DNA of 63,667 nucleotides, the filler included, from Octopus bimaculoides (lineage: Eukaryota), in the NCBI RefSeq assembly GCF_001194135.2. It is 7 parts of 6 records of this genome, joined end to end, with 100 filler letters (N's around TTAATTAATTAA, not from the genome) between each part and the next. Parts side by side here need not be neighbours in the genome. Positions count along the whole stretch, not along the records: positions 34,614 to 38,734 come from NC_068983.1; positions 38,835 to 56,945 come from NC_068987.1; 5 more parts are not named here. One strand, 5' to 3'. The number at the start of each line of letters is the position of its first letter. Positions within the stretch are counted from its first letter, which is position 1. The position numbers and the translations under genes are program-made. Shown one piece after another: positions 37,433 through 49,099 of the stretch. The notes under the pieces are model-generated. The model ran no database searches and was not told the DNA's origin. It saw only the letters and a program-made list of their open reading frames with translations.

Positions 37433-38339
37433 TGGATAGTAATTTTTTCTCAATGACTGTCGTATGTTACAGGTTTAAAATTCATTTTTTTTTTTAAATA
37501 TCTTAAAACTTCTTTGATACAAAAAATATGAAATTATTGTAGAGAAGAAATTTTTCACTCAAATTGATAGGAATATATGATTCAGTGACGGGGTCAAATA
37601 AAGTAATAAATGTTAAGCTATTTTGTAGTATAATATGATTAGATCAGATTGGTGAACTCACTGAGATCGTAGGTATAACATTTGCATGATTCAGGATTTG
37701 GTTATCAATTGTAAGTAATTATGAAAACTTTTAGCAAAAATAGTTTGTTTAATAATCCATTTAACAGAACCAAACACACAAAAGAAAATAACAAATTACT
37801 AAATTTTACAACATATATTACTTAAACAAATGTACGTTATTCAGTCAGTTTATTTTATACAGAGGAAAGTCGCTAAATGACTCATAATTTAGATGTAAGA
37901 TCTATGATAGTAAGGATATCTCTGCGAATATTATATTATGAATATTACCAATAATGTTGTATGTTAGAATTGTTATCTTTAGAGTTATTAAGGTAGGGTT
38001 TGTTTGAAGTAAAATGGTTGAATATATGAATGTATGCAATAAATGTGGGAGCAGAAGAATGTAAGAGTCCTTGAACGCTCCCAGCAGAGATGTTTGAGAT
38101 GTATTCTGAATGTTGACTGACGCAGACGTTTTGAAGGAAGCCGACATCCTGAGCATTAAGGCTCAGTACCGATGACGCTGGGTTGGACATTTTGTTCACT
38201 TAAATGGAGTCACTTGAAACGATCGTAATGCATTACTTCTGGATATCCTGTTGCTTATTTTCATTATATCAGGTCATGCCATAAGTTCTGTGAGAATTTT
38301 GAATAAAGAAAACAAGTGATTAAATGTTATAGTTAATTG

Positions 38340-38734
38340 AAATTTAATCCTCCATGTACTTTCCCTGATTATCTATGACTTCCTCCCATCTATTTACAAG
38401 CTTTTTAATCCCATCAATGGAAAATTCTTTTGGTTTCAAAGTGAAGGAATCTGAAATGTCAGTTTCGACCTCCTCCTGGCTTGCAAAAGTTGTGTCCCCA
38501 AATGATTCTGTAAACTATGAAACAAATGGTAATCTGAAGGAGCAAGGGTGGGAGAATAAAATGGATGAGGAATTTTTTCCCAACCAAGCTCTTCGATCTT
38601 CTGTGATGTGATCTTTGCAGTGTGGGGTCGCGCATTGTCCTGATGAAACATCACTCCTTTTCGATTCACTAAAGCGGGTCTTTTTTTCTTCAAAGCTTGG
38701 TTCAAACGCTGACAGTAGACTTGAGCATTGATTG
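38340..38734 (-). mobile_element. Mariner (DD34D) transposase C-terminal remnant
   Basis: KRPALVNRKGVMFHQDNARPHTAKITSQKIEELGWEKIPHPFYSPTLAPSDYHLFHSLQNHL contains the mariner HDNARPH and YSPDLAPSDY motifs. Truncated by a gap. Confidence 0.92.
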
Positions 38735-38834
38735 NNNNNNNNNNNNNNNNNNNNNNNNNNNNNNNNNNNNNNNNNNNNTTAATTAATTAANNNNNNNNNN
38801 NNNNNNNNNNNNNNNNNNNNNNNNNNNNNNNNNN

Positions 38835-38892
<58 letters not shown>

Positions 38893-38929
38893 ACAGACAT
38901 CCCCCCACACAAAAACACACATATACATA

Positions 38930-39085
38930 TATAAGACGGGCTTCTTTTAGTTTCCGTCGACCAAATCCACTGAAAAGGATTTGGTCGGCCCGGGGCTACA
39001 GTAGAAGACACTCGCTCAAGGTGCCACGCAGTGGGACTAAACCCGGAAACATGTGGTTGGTAAGCAGGCTACTTACCACACGACC
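38930..39085 (-). mobile_element. SINE family B 5' half
   Basis: Reverse complement of the family B head through AAGAAGCCCGTC. Confidence 0.8.
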
Positions 39086-39144
39086 ACTTATATACGAAAA
39101 TTATAAATAGATATAATAAAATGGGATAGGAGAGGAAAAGACGA

Positions 39145-39327
39145 TTACATTATGAATTTCATTACGTTACACCTGTTTCTGCCATAGTCTGCATTGGACT
39201 CATAGTTGAATACCTGAATAACACCCTCTAGCTTCATCGGACCTTCGAATATGAAGTGCAAGCTATTTGCAAAAATGTGAAGAATACCAACACATGCAAA
39301 TACCAACAAATGCGAATAGTAACGCAT
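39145..39327 (-). CDS. Candidate first coding exon with a signal peptide (3' boundary uncertain)
   Basis: MRYYSHLLVFACVGILHIFANS-LHF..: basic n-region, hydrophobic core and small residues at -3/-1. Upstream acceptor tttctaag. Several possible donors inside the ORF. Lies on the same strand ~4.8 kb upstream of EGF1. Confidence 0.4.
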   Translation of the reverse strand: MRYYSHLLVFACVGILHIFANSLHFIFEGPMKLEGVIQVFNYESNADYGRNRCNVMKFIM

Positions 39328-40161
39328 TAGCTTAGAAATTTAAACTCCTATATTTGGTTTTGTCTTCCCCGAAAATTGCTAGTCATTTTCTGTTTTTCTT
39401 TCTTTCCTCCACGCAACACTGATTATGGATTTCCTTTTATTTGATTGAAATTGTCAAAGTTTGTAGCTGTGAGAAGGTATGACCAAGCAATTTCTACATT
39501 TATATTTCTACCAAGCCGTACGTTGCTATCAGCTTCGGAAAGGCTACTATTCAACCTTAAGTTGCAGTTGGCATTTCTGAAATTATTTTGGCAGCGTACA
39601 TCACTATCAGATGTTTTATGTATGGAGAGGTTGATTCTTAAGTTTCAGTAAAAGGAATGAGTTTACATTTAATAACCAGTTGAGACACTCCGCTAAAATG
39701 TTTTAGAGTTTATTTCTTGTCATAGTTGTATCTTACATTTTTTTCTTCTTGTATAAAGGCGATGATTTTAGTCTCAGGTCACATTAATGGATATTGAAGT
39801 TAAAACTATCACCTCATACTGTGTTTATAGTTCTCATTGGATTCAATGAGTCATGCATTTCGTCTTGTTTCTCTCAATCTGCTGTTAGTTTCTATTTAAT
39901 TTTAAATAGATCCAGACTTTCTTTGCGAAATGTGTTATATTTAAGCCGTGATTAAATATTAAGTCTGCAAGAGCTCGAGTTTACTTTTCTTTAAAATGTA
40001 ACTAATTATATAAATGTACCTGAAAATATATACGAAACAAAGAGTGTTTCTGATGTGCTGCTTGATATACATCAGTAGATATGTATACAGCACTCTATAC
40101 ATATCATATACGTCTGCATACTTACATATGTATGTGCATACATATATATACACACACAAAT

Positions 40162-40290
40162 ATATTGGGTCATCCCTTAAATAATGCGTTTTTTTACACT
40201 TCTTTATTTTTCGAAATTAAGATAAACAAAGTTCTTTTTGAATCTAAAATATACTCTCCATTTTTGGCAATGCTCTTCCATCTATCTGAC
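40162..40290. mobile_element. Mariner-type terminal fragment
   Basis: TATTGGGTCATCCCTTAAATAATGCG TIR-like start followed by AAAATATACTCTCC (antisense of the mariner GEY end). Confidence 0.5.
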
Positions 40291-40456
40291 AGATTTTCTG
40301 CGGTATTGCTTGTAGCGCACATGATAATTCTTGAGGAGGGATAAGGACTGACTGGCATATGTAAGTTCGGAGGTGCTGTTCATATTGGGCTGATGCACGA
40401 TGTCGCTTGGTCGTGCATGCAGAATTGCCAGCATCTTCAAATTTGCAAACTGGAAT

Positions 40457-40516
40457 ATCATACTGATGAGGAAATGAAAAGTTTTCACTATTCTGATCCA
40501 GAAACGCGTATATGAT
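40457..40516 (+). ncRNA. Minimal type I hammerhead ribozyme motif, copy with an imperfect stem II base
   Basis: ATCATA-CTGATGA-GGA..TGAAAAGTTTTCA..TCC-A-GAA-ACGCGT-A|TATGAT: perfect 6-bp stem I, intact core and palindromic stem III. Confidence 0.7.
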
Positions 40517-40775
40517 TAACTAAGACTGCTTAGTTTCGTTATTTTTTTTTCTTGTTTTGCCTTTGTGAGTTACAAGTATTGCTATTTGTTGGAGNNNNNN
40601 NNNNNNNNNNNNNNNNNNNNNNNNNNNNNNNNNNNNTATATATATATATATATATACACATGAAAATAATTCCTGGTGTCGGTTTCTTCAAATAAAGGTA
40701 GCATGACCGCAGTCAGATGACTGCAACGAATAAAATAATATATATATGTATATATATAGATACATACAAATGCAT

Positions 40776-40825
<50 letters not shown>

Positions 40826-41347
40826 ACACACACACATATATATATATATAGAAAGAGAGAGAAAAAGAGTTAGATAGATTCATAAACAATGAGGGAAACA
40901 GAAAATGGAATTCACGTGATTCTGTATTAATCACAATGAGCGTTTCGATATGTGTGTGTTTGTGTGTGTGTGTGTGTGTATCAAATGCTTCCATACTTCG
41001 GTAGAAATACTTGCCAGGAAGAATATATATATTTATAGATATATGCGCTTAAATGTATCTATGTATCTACACATGAATGCATGCATTGAGTGCGAAACCT
41101 ACTTGATTTGATTCACCTATGAGTATAGAAGGAGCCATATATGTATCTACGCTGTTATGTGAGGTCGTGCATATATCATTGTATGTACAAGTATGGAAAT
41201 GTGATTGTATATGATTCAAATTATATATACAAGGTAAAGTGTAATTTATCTTCGGAAACACTTCTATATTTTATATCTCCAACAGCGGTTATATTCGCTA
41301 TATTCTCCTTGTATCTCTATGGAAATACTTGTATACCTAAAAATTTA

Positions 41348-41414
<67 letters not shown>

Positions 41415-41890
41415 NNNNNNNNNNNNNNNNNNNNNNNNNNNNNNNNNNNNNNNNNNNNNNNNNNNNNNNNNNNNNNNNNNNNNNNNNNNNNNNNNNNNNN
41501 NNNNNNNNNNNNNNNNNNNNNNNNNNNNNNNNNNNNNNNNNNNNNNNNNNNNNNNNNNNNNNNNNNNNNNNNNNNNNNNNNNNNNNNNNNNNNNNNNNNN
41601 NNNNNNNNNNNNNNNNNACGTACTATAACGTTTATTACCGCTCTTATTCTAACTCCTGTCCATTGTCCGGAAGTCTTTCGTCACACATCTGTGACCTCCT
41701 CAGCAACACTTTCCGTTCTCGTGTATGCTCTTGGTCTGCTTATTTCATTTTCTTCTTCTGCGAAGTGTATCCATATATGCGCATGCGTCTGTGTGTGTGT
41801 TTGTTACTCATATAGGGAAAAAGATGTTTGATGTCGCCTGATCGAGCATGCATGGTTTTTGTCAACATTTTCAAATTTATAATCTAGAAT

Positions 41891-41949
41891 ATCATGCTGA
41901 AGAAGGAAATGAATGTTATACAATTCTAATCCTGAAACGCGTACATGAT
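41891..41949 (+). ncRNA. Minimal type I hammerhead ribozyme motif, intact core
   Basis: ATCATG-CTGAAGA-AGGA..GAAT..ATTC..TCCT-GAA-ACGCGT-A|CATGAT: 6-bp stem I, 4-bp stem II base, CUGANGA/GAAA core and GUA cleavage triplet after 41943. Confidence 0.85.
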
Positions 41950-42325
41950 TAACTAAGGCTGGTTGGTTTCGTTATTTTTTCTTCTTTTTTTGACTATGTG
42001 ATTTACGAGTATTGCTGTCTGTGGAGATAAATTGTAGTAAAAGAATTAGTATTTTAACTGCTATTTCTAAATTTCGGTATGTGGTGAAGCAACTTTTGTT
42101 GATCCCTTAATTATGTAAATAATTATAAAAAAAAACTTTTCGTGTAAGTTTTTACCGAAAATGTTTTTTCTATACCGAACAACTTGGTAAAAAATTATTA
42201 ATTATTAATTTGTTGATAAATTGATAATTCTTTACCCTATATATATAATGAGTATATATAAATATATATATATATGTATATATATATATTTATAAATGAA
42301 ACATTCAAGTACTGAGATATAAACA

Positions 42326-42364
<39 letters not shown>

Positions 42365-42881
42365 AACAGATACACATATACATACACACAATTGGTGATT
42401 AAATTTTATAGTAATTGAGGTTTTGCTAATCAGTGAGTTTTGCTCAGACGAATCTAAATCTTAAGTCACATCTTGATTAGAACGATAGAATTTGAGTGGA
42501 TAAAGATGCAGAACGACAGAAAACGATAACAGGCGTAAGGAATATATTCAGAGGAGCAGTTGAAATGTTGCGTAAGTAGTTTACATGATATAAAGTCTTA
42601 TATGTACAGAAGCTTCTAATGAACAATAAGTGATTGATATAACAATGCATGTTATGCAAGTAGATGTGTCACTAGGGTTATAATGAAAGCACATAAAAGC
42701 AAAGCAAATTCGCATCTGGCAAGGAATTCGTACACCAGAATCAAGAGATCCTCTTCAGAATCCGAGAAAGGAATTGTCAGTCTTACCCCTTACATGTTTC
42801 AACATATTCATGTAAATACACACACACACTCACGCATGCATACACACACTCACACACGCACGCACTCACGCACGCACACAC

Positions 42882-42940
<59 letters not shown>

Positions 42941-43744
42941 GTGATTCAAAAGTCAGCAGGAGGAATTTCAACCATGTTTCGTGGTCTGCTACCACAACAG
43001 CGCCTTTAAGGATCCAGTTAGCTGAAGACATCATCAGGAGGAACCACGTCCGGTTTCGGCCCCTACTCCTCTACCGTTTTGACGTGGCGAGGCCACCCCC
43101 TTTCGGAGGTGTCTTCAGCTCTGGTGTTGGGTGCATGTCTTCTTTCACTGTNNNNNNNNNNNNNNNNNNNNNNNNNNNNNNNNNNNNNNNNNNNNNNNNN
43201 NNNNNNNNNNNNNNNNNNNNNNNNNNNNNNNNNNNNNNNNNNNNNNNNNNNNNNNNNNNNNNNNNNNNNNNNNNNNNNNNNNNNNNNNNNNNNNNNNNNN
43301 NNNNNNNNNNNNNNNNNNNNNNNNNNNNNNNNNNNNNNNNNNNNNNNNNNNNNNNNNNNNNNNNNNNNNNNNNNNNNNNNNNNNNNNNNNNNNNNNNNNN
43401 NNNNNNNNNNNNNNNNNNNNNNNNNNNNNNNNNNNNNNNNNNNNNNNNNNNNNNNNNNNNNNNNNNNNNNNNNNNNNNNNNNNNNNNNNNNNNNNNNNNN
43501 NNNNNNNNNNNNNNNNNNNNNNNNNNNNNNNNNNNNNNNNNNNNNNNNNNNNNNNNNNNNNNNNNNNNNNNNNNNNNNNNNNNNNNNNNNNNNNNNNNNN
43601 NNNNNNNNNNNNNNNNNNNNNNNNNNNNNNNNNNNNNNNNNNNNNNNNNNNNNNNNNNNNNNNNNNNNNNNNNNNNNNNNNNNNNNNNNNNNNNNNNNNN
43701 NNNNNNNNNNNNNNNNNNNNNNNNNTATATATATATATATATAT

Positions 43745-43950
43745 ATATAATACAAATGATAAATGAGTATATGCATATATATGTACATGTATGTACATAC
43801 TTACATCTACATGTATATATAGATGCATATCTGGGTACAGGACATTGTAAACAAAGCGTAGACAAAATGATAAACGAGAACAGAAAACATACAGGCCACA
43901 TAGAGAATATCTCCTTCATCAGCTGCCCCCATTCTAACACAGGCGTTTAA
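43745..43950 (-). repeat. Dispersed repeat family C, copy 2
   Basis: Reverse complement matches 9265-9530 and 52165-52400. Confidence 0.75.
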
Positions 43951-44537
43951 GCTTTACTGTTTTGTGAATAAACCATGTTACTCTACCTTAGGTGTTCGAG
44001 TACTATTTCCCTCCCCCCCACCTTCTTTAGCATTTATGTGTATGCGTGTGTGTATGTGTGCGTGTGTATCTAGATTCAGAGATATTATCATTTCTTTATC
44101 AGTAGGATCAAGAAAAACGTTCTCCATCCAGTGAGAGAATACTACCAATTAATATACACAGTATTTAATTATGTGTTAATTATAGTTTTATGCTGTGCAA
44201 ACATATAATAATAACCACCTTTAGGCACTGATTTAGTTGCTCTTTTTATACACATACCGAGAAGAAATCTTGCGAAGCAGACGTTATTTTTACGAGATGC
44301 ATCTTTTAATCTACTTAGGACACTCATCTACACCGACGGATACACCTAAACCAGATGTTCAGTATCCCACCCGTGTGGAATCGATGCTAGACGGGTCGAA
44401 ACAATTGTAGTGACCAATAAACACTCTCGTATCTTCCATTTCTCTCATCAGTCAAAAACCAGCGTACACTGGGAAAGTGAACGTGCTTTACTGGTAAATT
44501 ATCAGATGCATACCATAAGATTTATTAAGTAATAATG

Positions 44538-45422
44538 TAGGAGGGAGTACTCAAAAGAAGCCGGGATTTTGCAATATTATTTTATTCACGCAGTTTTACA
44601 TGTTTACACGTTTATCGCCTTCAAAATATTCTCCATTTGAAGAAATGCATCAGTCCAGACGCGTTCTCCTCAGTTCGAAGCAGTGCTAGAACTCTGGCGT
44701 GCTGCCTTTCAACGCCTCCATCATTTTTTCTGCACCTCTTCCACATCTGCAAATTCCACACTACCAGCTTTCGTCACCAGAGACGTCCTTCGAAAAAAGG
44801 TCCGGATCCATTTCCAACTGTTCTTTCAGTTTACGACACTCATTCATAACTGCTTATGATCTTCAATGAGCAAGCGAGGCACCAATTTTGTAGCAACTCC
44901 TTTCAATCACAATTCCACGCTCAAAATTCGTTGGCAGGAGAACAAGTACACATCAGTCATATCAACAAGTTCGTCAACTGTTCGGTGATGGTCATCCAAG
45001 TTGGGTTCATGCATTTTCACGATGTTTCATTCGTTCGGGAGATCGATGAACGCTTTGAACGACATTGGTCTTCAAGAGACAAATGACCATTCCTAAAGCG
45101 TGAAAACCAGTAGTTGTGATTTGCTCATGGCAGCGTTCTTGTAAGCTGTTAGAAGCATGTCAGCTGCCGTTTACCCCAGCAGGAAACGGAATTTCATGGA
45201 AGAACGCTATTCCATCATTTCAGTCATCGTGAGAATCGACAAACAGGGGAAAAGCACTACAATGCAAAGACGCAACACATGGTGGTAGGACTACACTCGA
45301 CGACGGCGGTGGGCATACTGATGCTTAAGAGTCTCATCAAGTGGCTTCTAGCGGTGGAAATCTGAACTACATTGGGCTTGTCCAACAGAGAACGTTTCCA
45401 GTTACTTTTGGGTATCCTTTCA
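44538..45422 (-). mobile_element. Internally deleted mariner element with imperfect TIRs
   Basis: Minus strand reads ..KFRFLLG*TAA..AYKNAAMSK..FRNGHLSLEDQ..RTIDEL..CQRILSV..RGAKLVPRLL..DPDLFSKD.., a mariner HTH to first-D region. Terminal GAGGGAGTACTCAAAAGAAGCCGGGA vs TTCCAGTTACTTTTGGGTATCCTT. Confidence 0.8.
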
Positions 45423-45949
45423 CATGTTTATGTGTGTGTATGTGTGTGGGAGTCTATATATATANNNNNNNNNNNNNNNNNNNNNNNNNNNNNNNNNNNN
45501 NNNNNNNNNNNNNNNNNNNNNNNNNNNNNNNNNNNNNNNNNNNNNNNNNNNNNNNNNNNNNNNNNNNNNNNNNNNNNNNNNNNNNNNNNNNNNNNNNNNN
45601 NNNNNNNNNNNNNNNNNNNNNNNNNNNNNNNNNNNNNNNNNNNNNNNNNNNNNNNNNNNNNNNNNNNNNNNNNNNNNNNNNNNNNNNNNNNNNNNNNNNN
45701 NNNNNNNNNNNNNNNNNNNNNNNNNNNNNNNNNNNNNNNNNNNNNNNNNNNNNNNNNNNNNNNNNNNNNNNNNNNNNNNNNNNNNNNNNNNNNNNNNNNN
45801 NNNNNNNNNNNNNNNNNNNNNNNNNNNNNNNNNNNNNNNNNNNNNNNNNNNNNNNNNNNNNNNNNNNNNNNNNNNNNNNNNNNNNNNNNNNNNNNNNNNN
45901 NNNNNNNNNNNNNNNNNNNNNNNNNNNNNNNNNNNNNNNNNNNNNNNNN

Positions 45950-46033
<84 letters not shown>

Positions 46034-46731
46034 ATTCACTCACACATCTATCTCTCTATATAAAATATACACAAAGACAGATACCCACTCTTCGCTTTTT
46101 AGCACAACATTTATGTTTTTATGATTGCTCATCTTTTGTAGATGCTGTCCGAGAGGGACTATACAACATTCGAAGCTTGTCCGTTTCGTCAATGCAATCA
46201 ACGCCTTTGACACTACATTGGCTAATGCGTTGAGATTTTCCTCTCAAGTTCCGGTGACCAGTAAATTTCGCGAGGGTCATTCAATCAACTCATGACAACA
46301 AGGAAGTACTAGTTGATGTCAATGATGAACAACCAGAGCACATCTAGTGTTAAACAGAATGATATCTTAGCTCCTCCATTGATCGCCATCACCTTTGCTG
46401 CAAGCCTTTATGTACACATTGCTTCTGTCATCATTCGTTACGATGCAACAGGAAAGATTTCAACATCCGTCATTTTACTGGTATAGGAAAAACTGTCATG
46501 GATCTCATTCTTATTATCCTTTTCACAGATCACAGACATAATACATACATACACACACACACATACATACATACATACATATATATACATACATACATAT
46601 ATATGTACATAGACATGCATGTATACATGCATACATACATACATTCATGCAAACACACTAACACATGCGTCTATCCACCTATCTATCTATCTATTAATCT
46701 ATCTATCTATCTATCTCTGTCTCTCTCTCTG

Positions 46732-46764
<33 letters not shown>

Positions 46765-46829
46765 GTATATATGGTATATATGTGTGTGTGTGTGTGTGTG
46801 TTTGTATGTGGTGTATGTATGTATGTATA

Positions 46830-46878
<49 letters not shown>

Positions 46879-47940
46879 CTATCTAAATATATATGTATGT
46901 ATACACACTCACACACACACACACATATATATGTACGCATACAAGTATTACATAAAATACATGAGCGCGTGTGTGTGTATGTATTACTGCGTGTATGTAT
47001 GTGTGTATCTATCTATTTATCTATCTATATATAGTGAAGGAGAGAAAATCAGAGATATATATCGAACACACACATACAGACACATACACAAATACACAGA
47101 CATTCATATGTGTGCATCGGCATGTCTGTGATAAATATAATCATATTATCATTATTATTGTATTGTATGCTATTGTATTTTATTGCAACACTGTGGGCTG
47201 TTGTTGTCAGTAAATTGATACCTATTAAATTTAGTTCTGTTCAATGTTTAATATAGTGGCAGATTAATGTGAATAATGCATTGTAGTGTTTGTTTAATGA
47301 AGAATTAACTGATGCAGCTGCTTATATTTAGCGATATTTTATAGACGAGCCAATAAGAACCCATTTCTGAGGTCAATCGAACAGCCACAAATAGCAGGAA
47401 AATCTCACTTGAATCGCATCATGTTGTCTTAAAAAGTGAATATTCATGATCAATAATGGCTGTTTAGGTTCAATATGAATGGTAAAAAATAGAGAAGAAC
47501 AGAAATCGATGGAGCATATTTTAATCAAAACGTCTGCCTGATTACTTTTGCCCTATCATTGAAGATAACTGTCTTAATCTAAAATCAAATCAACATACGC
47601 TATGGAACGTAACACATGAGCTAGAAATAGCTGCCAAACATTTCTGAAATTGGCAGTTACCGATTTAGATAGGGATACTTTTATTGTTTATCTTTTACAT
47701 ATCACAATTATTGGGCTGCAGTCATGTCGGGGTATCGTCCCGAAAGGTTTAGTTGAATAAATCAACCTGGGTAGCTATGTCTAGGTCTGGTATTTTTTCT
47801 ACTGCACGTCTTTGTCGAACCGCTACGTTACAGGGACGTGTACAAAACAACAACTGTTGACAAGTGTTGATGTAGCGACTACAGCAATTACCACCAACAA
47901 CACTACAACCACTACGACTGCTGTTGCCGCTACCGGCGCT

Positions 47941-48012
47941 GCCGCCGGAGCCACCGCTGCCGCCGGAGCCACCGCTGCTGCCGGAACCACCGCTGCCGCC
48001 GGAGCCACTGCT
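47941..48012. repeat. GC-rich 18-bp minisatellite (GCCGCCGGAGCCACCGCT)x4 within a trinucleotide-repeat mosaic (47880-48170)
   Basis: Four units read directly; flanked by (CCT)n, (CGT)n and (CTA)n. Confidence 0.9.
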
Positions 48013-48115
48013 GCTGCCGCCGGGGCTTCCAATACTGCCTCCCCCCGCTGGTACTGCTGCTGCTGTCCCTCGTCGGCGTCGTCGTCGCCCTCCTCCTCCC
48101 CCTCCTCCTCCTCCT

Positions 48116-48165
<50 letters not shown>

Positions 48166-49099
48166 TATTTCAGTCGCACATTCCATGGCCTCTAACTCAA
48201 TAGCGAAGTCCTGTTATTTACCTATTTTCTACCTTTACACTTCCCATATTGATTTCTCATCATTTGGGACAGTCAAATCAAGTAACAAGCACTTTCTATT
48301 CTCTTTCTCTAATATCTCAGAGAAGTCGCGTTGCCTGTTGTTTACGGTGATGGGATGTCATAAGATTGAAGGTTCACTTACCGGCCCAGGTTGTTGCAAT
48401 ATGTCTTCGAATAAAGCACTTTATTTCATCATGCACCAGTCTATTCGGTGCTAAGCTAATATGACCAAAGTCGCCTGCAACTATCTGGTCACTGCGTGCG
48501 CTACATTGGAGTGGAATCATCCTACCTATCATGCAGAACCAATTTATGCTTATGTATGAAGAGGAAAACGTCGTCACTCTTACATCGAGAATTGATCGTA
48601 GACACTGACCTGAAGATAACCAAGGACCTACGAAGAGCAGCGTGCGAGCTTTGTTGCTCCGTCCTGGGTTGGAACCCTGCCACAATAATAAAATAATTTA
48701 AAGAAGCTTACTGCTGGTGCAAACTACTTTCCCTTCAGCTGACACAACTTCGATGTTACGCTGTTTCAAGTGTGCGTGGGCTAAAAGGTTATCTTTATCT
48801 GCTGAGGAAGAAATACGGAGACGCCTGAAGCTGTTTATATAAGAACGGTTCGTGCCACTAGACAATACACTTTTGCGAGCGAGTGGAAGTTAAACGTTTA
48901 GTTGACTAAGGGCGTGATGCATTCGTGATTCTTTTTCGGGGCTTCTGAGACAATTAGAAAGAAAAGAAACAACTAACCATACACCAAGGATCTGATCCTA
49001 ATGCTTATGCCAGAAAAAAGACAACAAAAGATACAGAGTAAGGTGTTTAAACAAGGCTAAGGATGGAGTCAATCAACTACGAGCAGGAGTACTGTATGT

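Noticed and set aside
48374-48685. 103-aa minus-strand ORF ending near a gtaagt donor
   Set aside because: No recognisable domain, no good acceptor and no partner exons.
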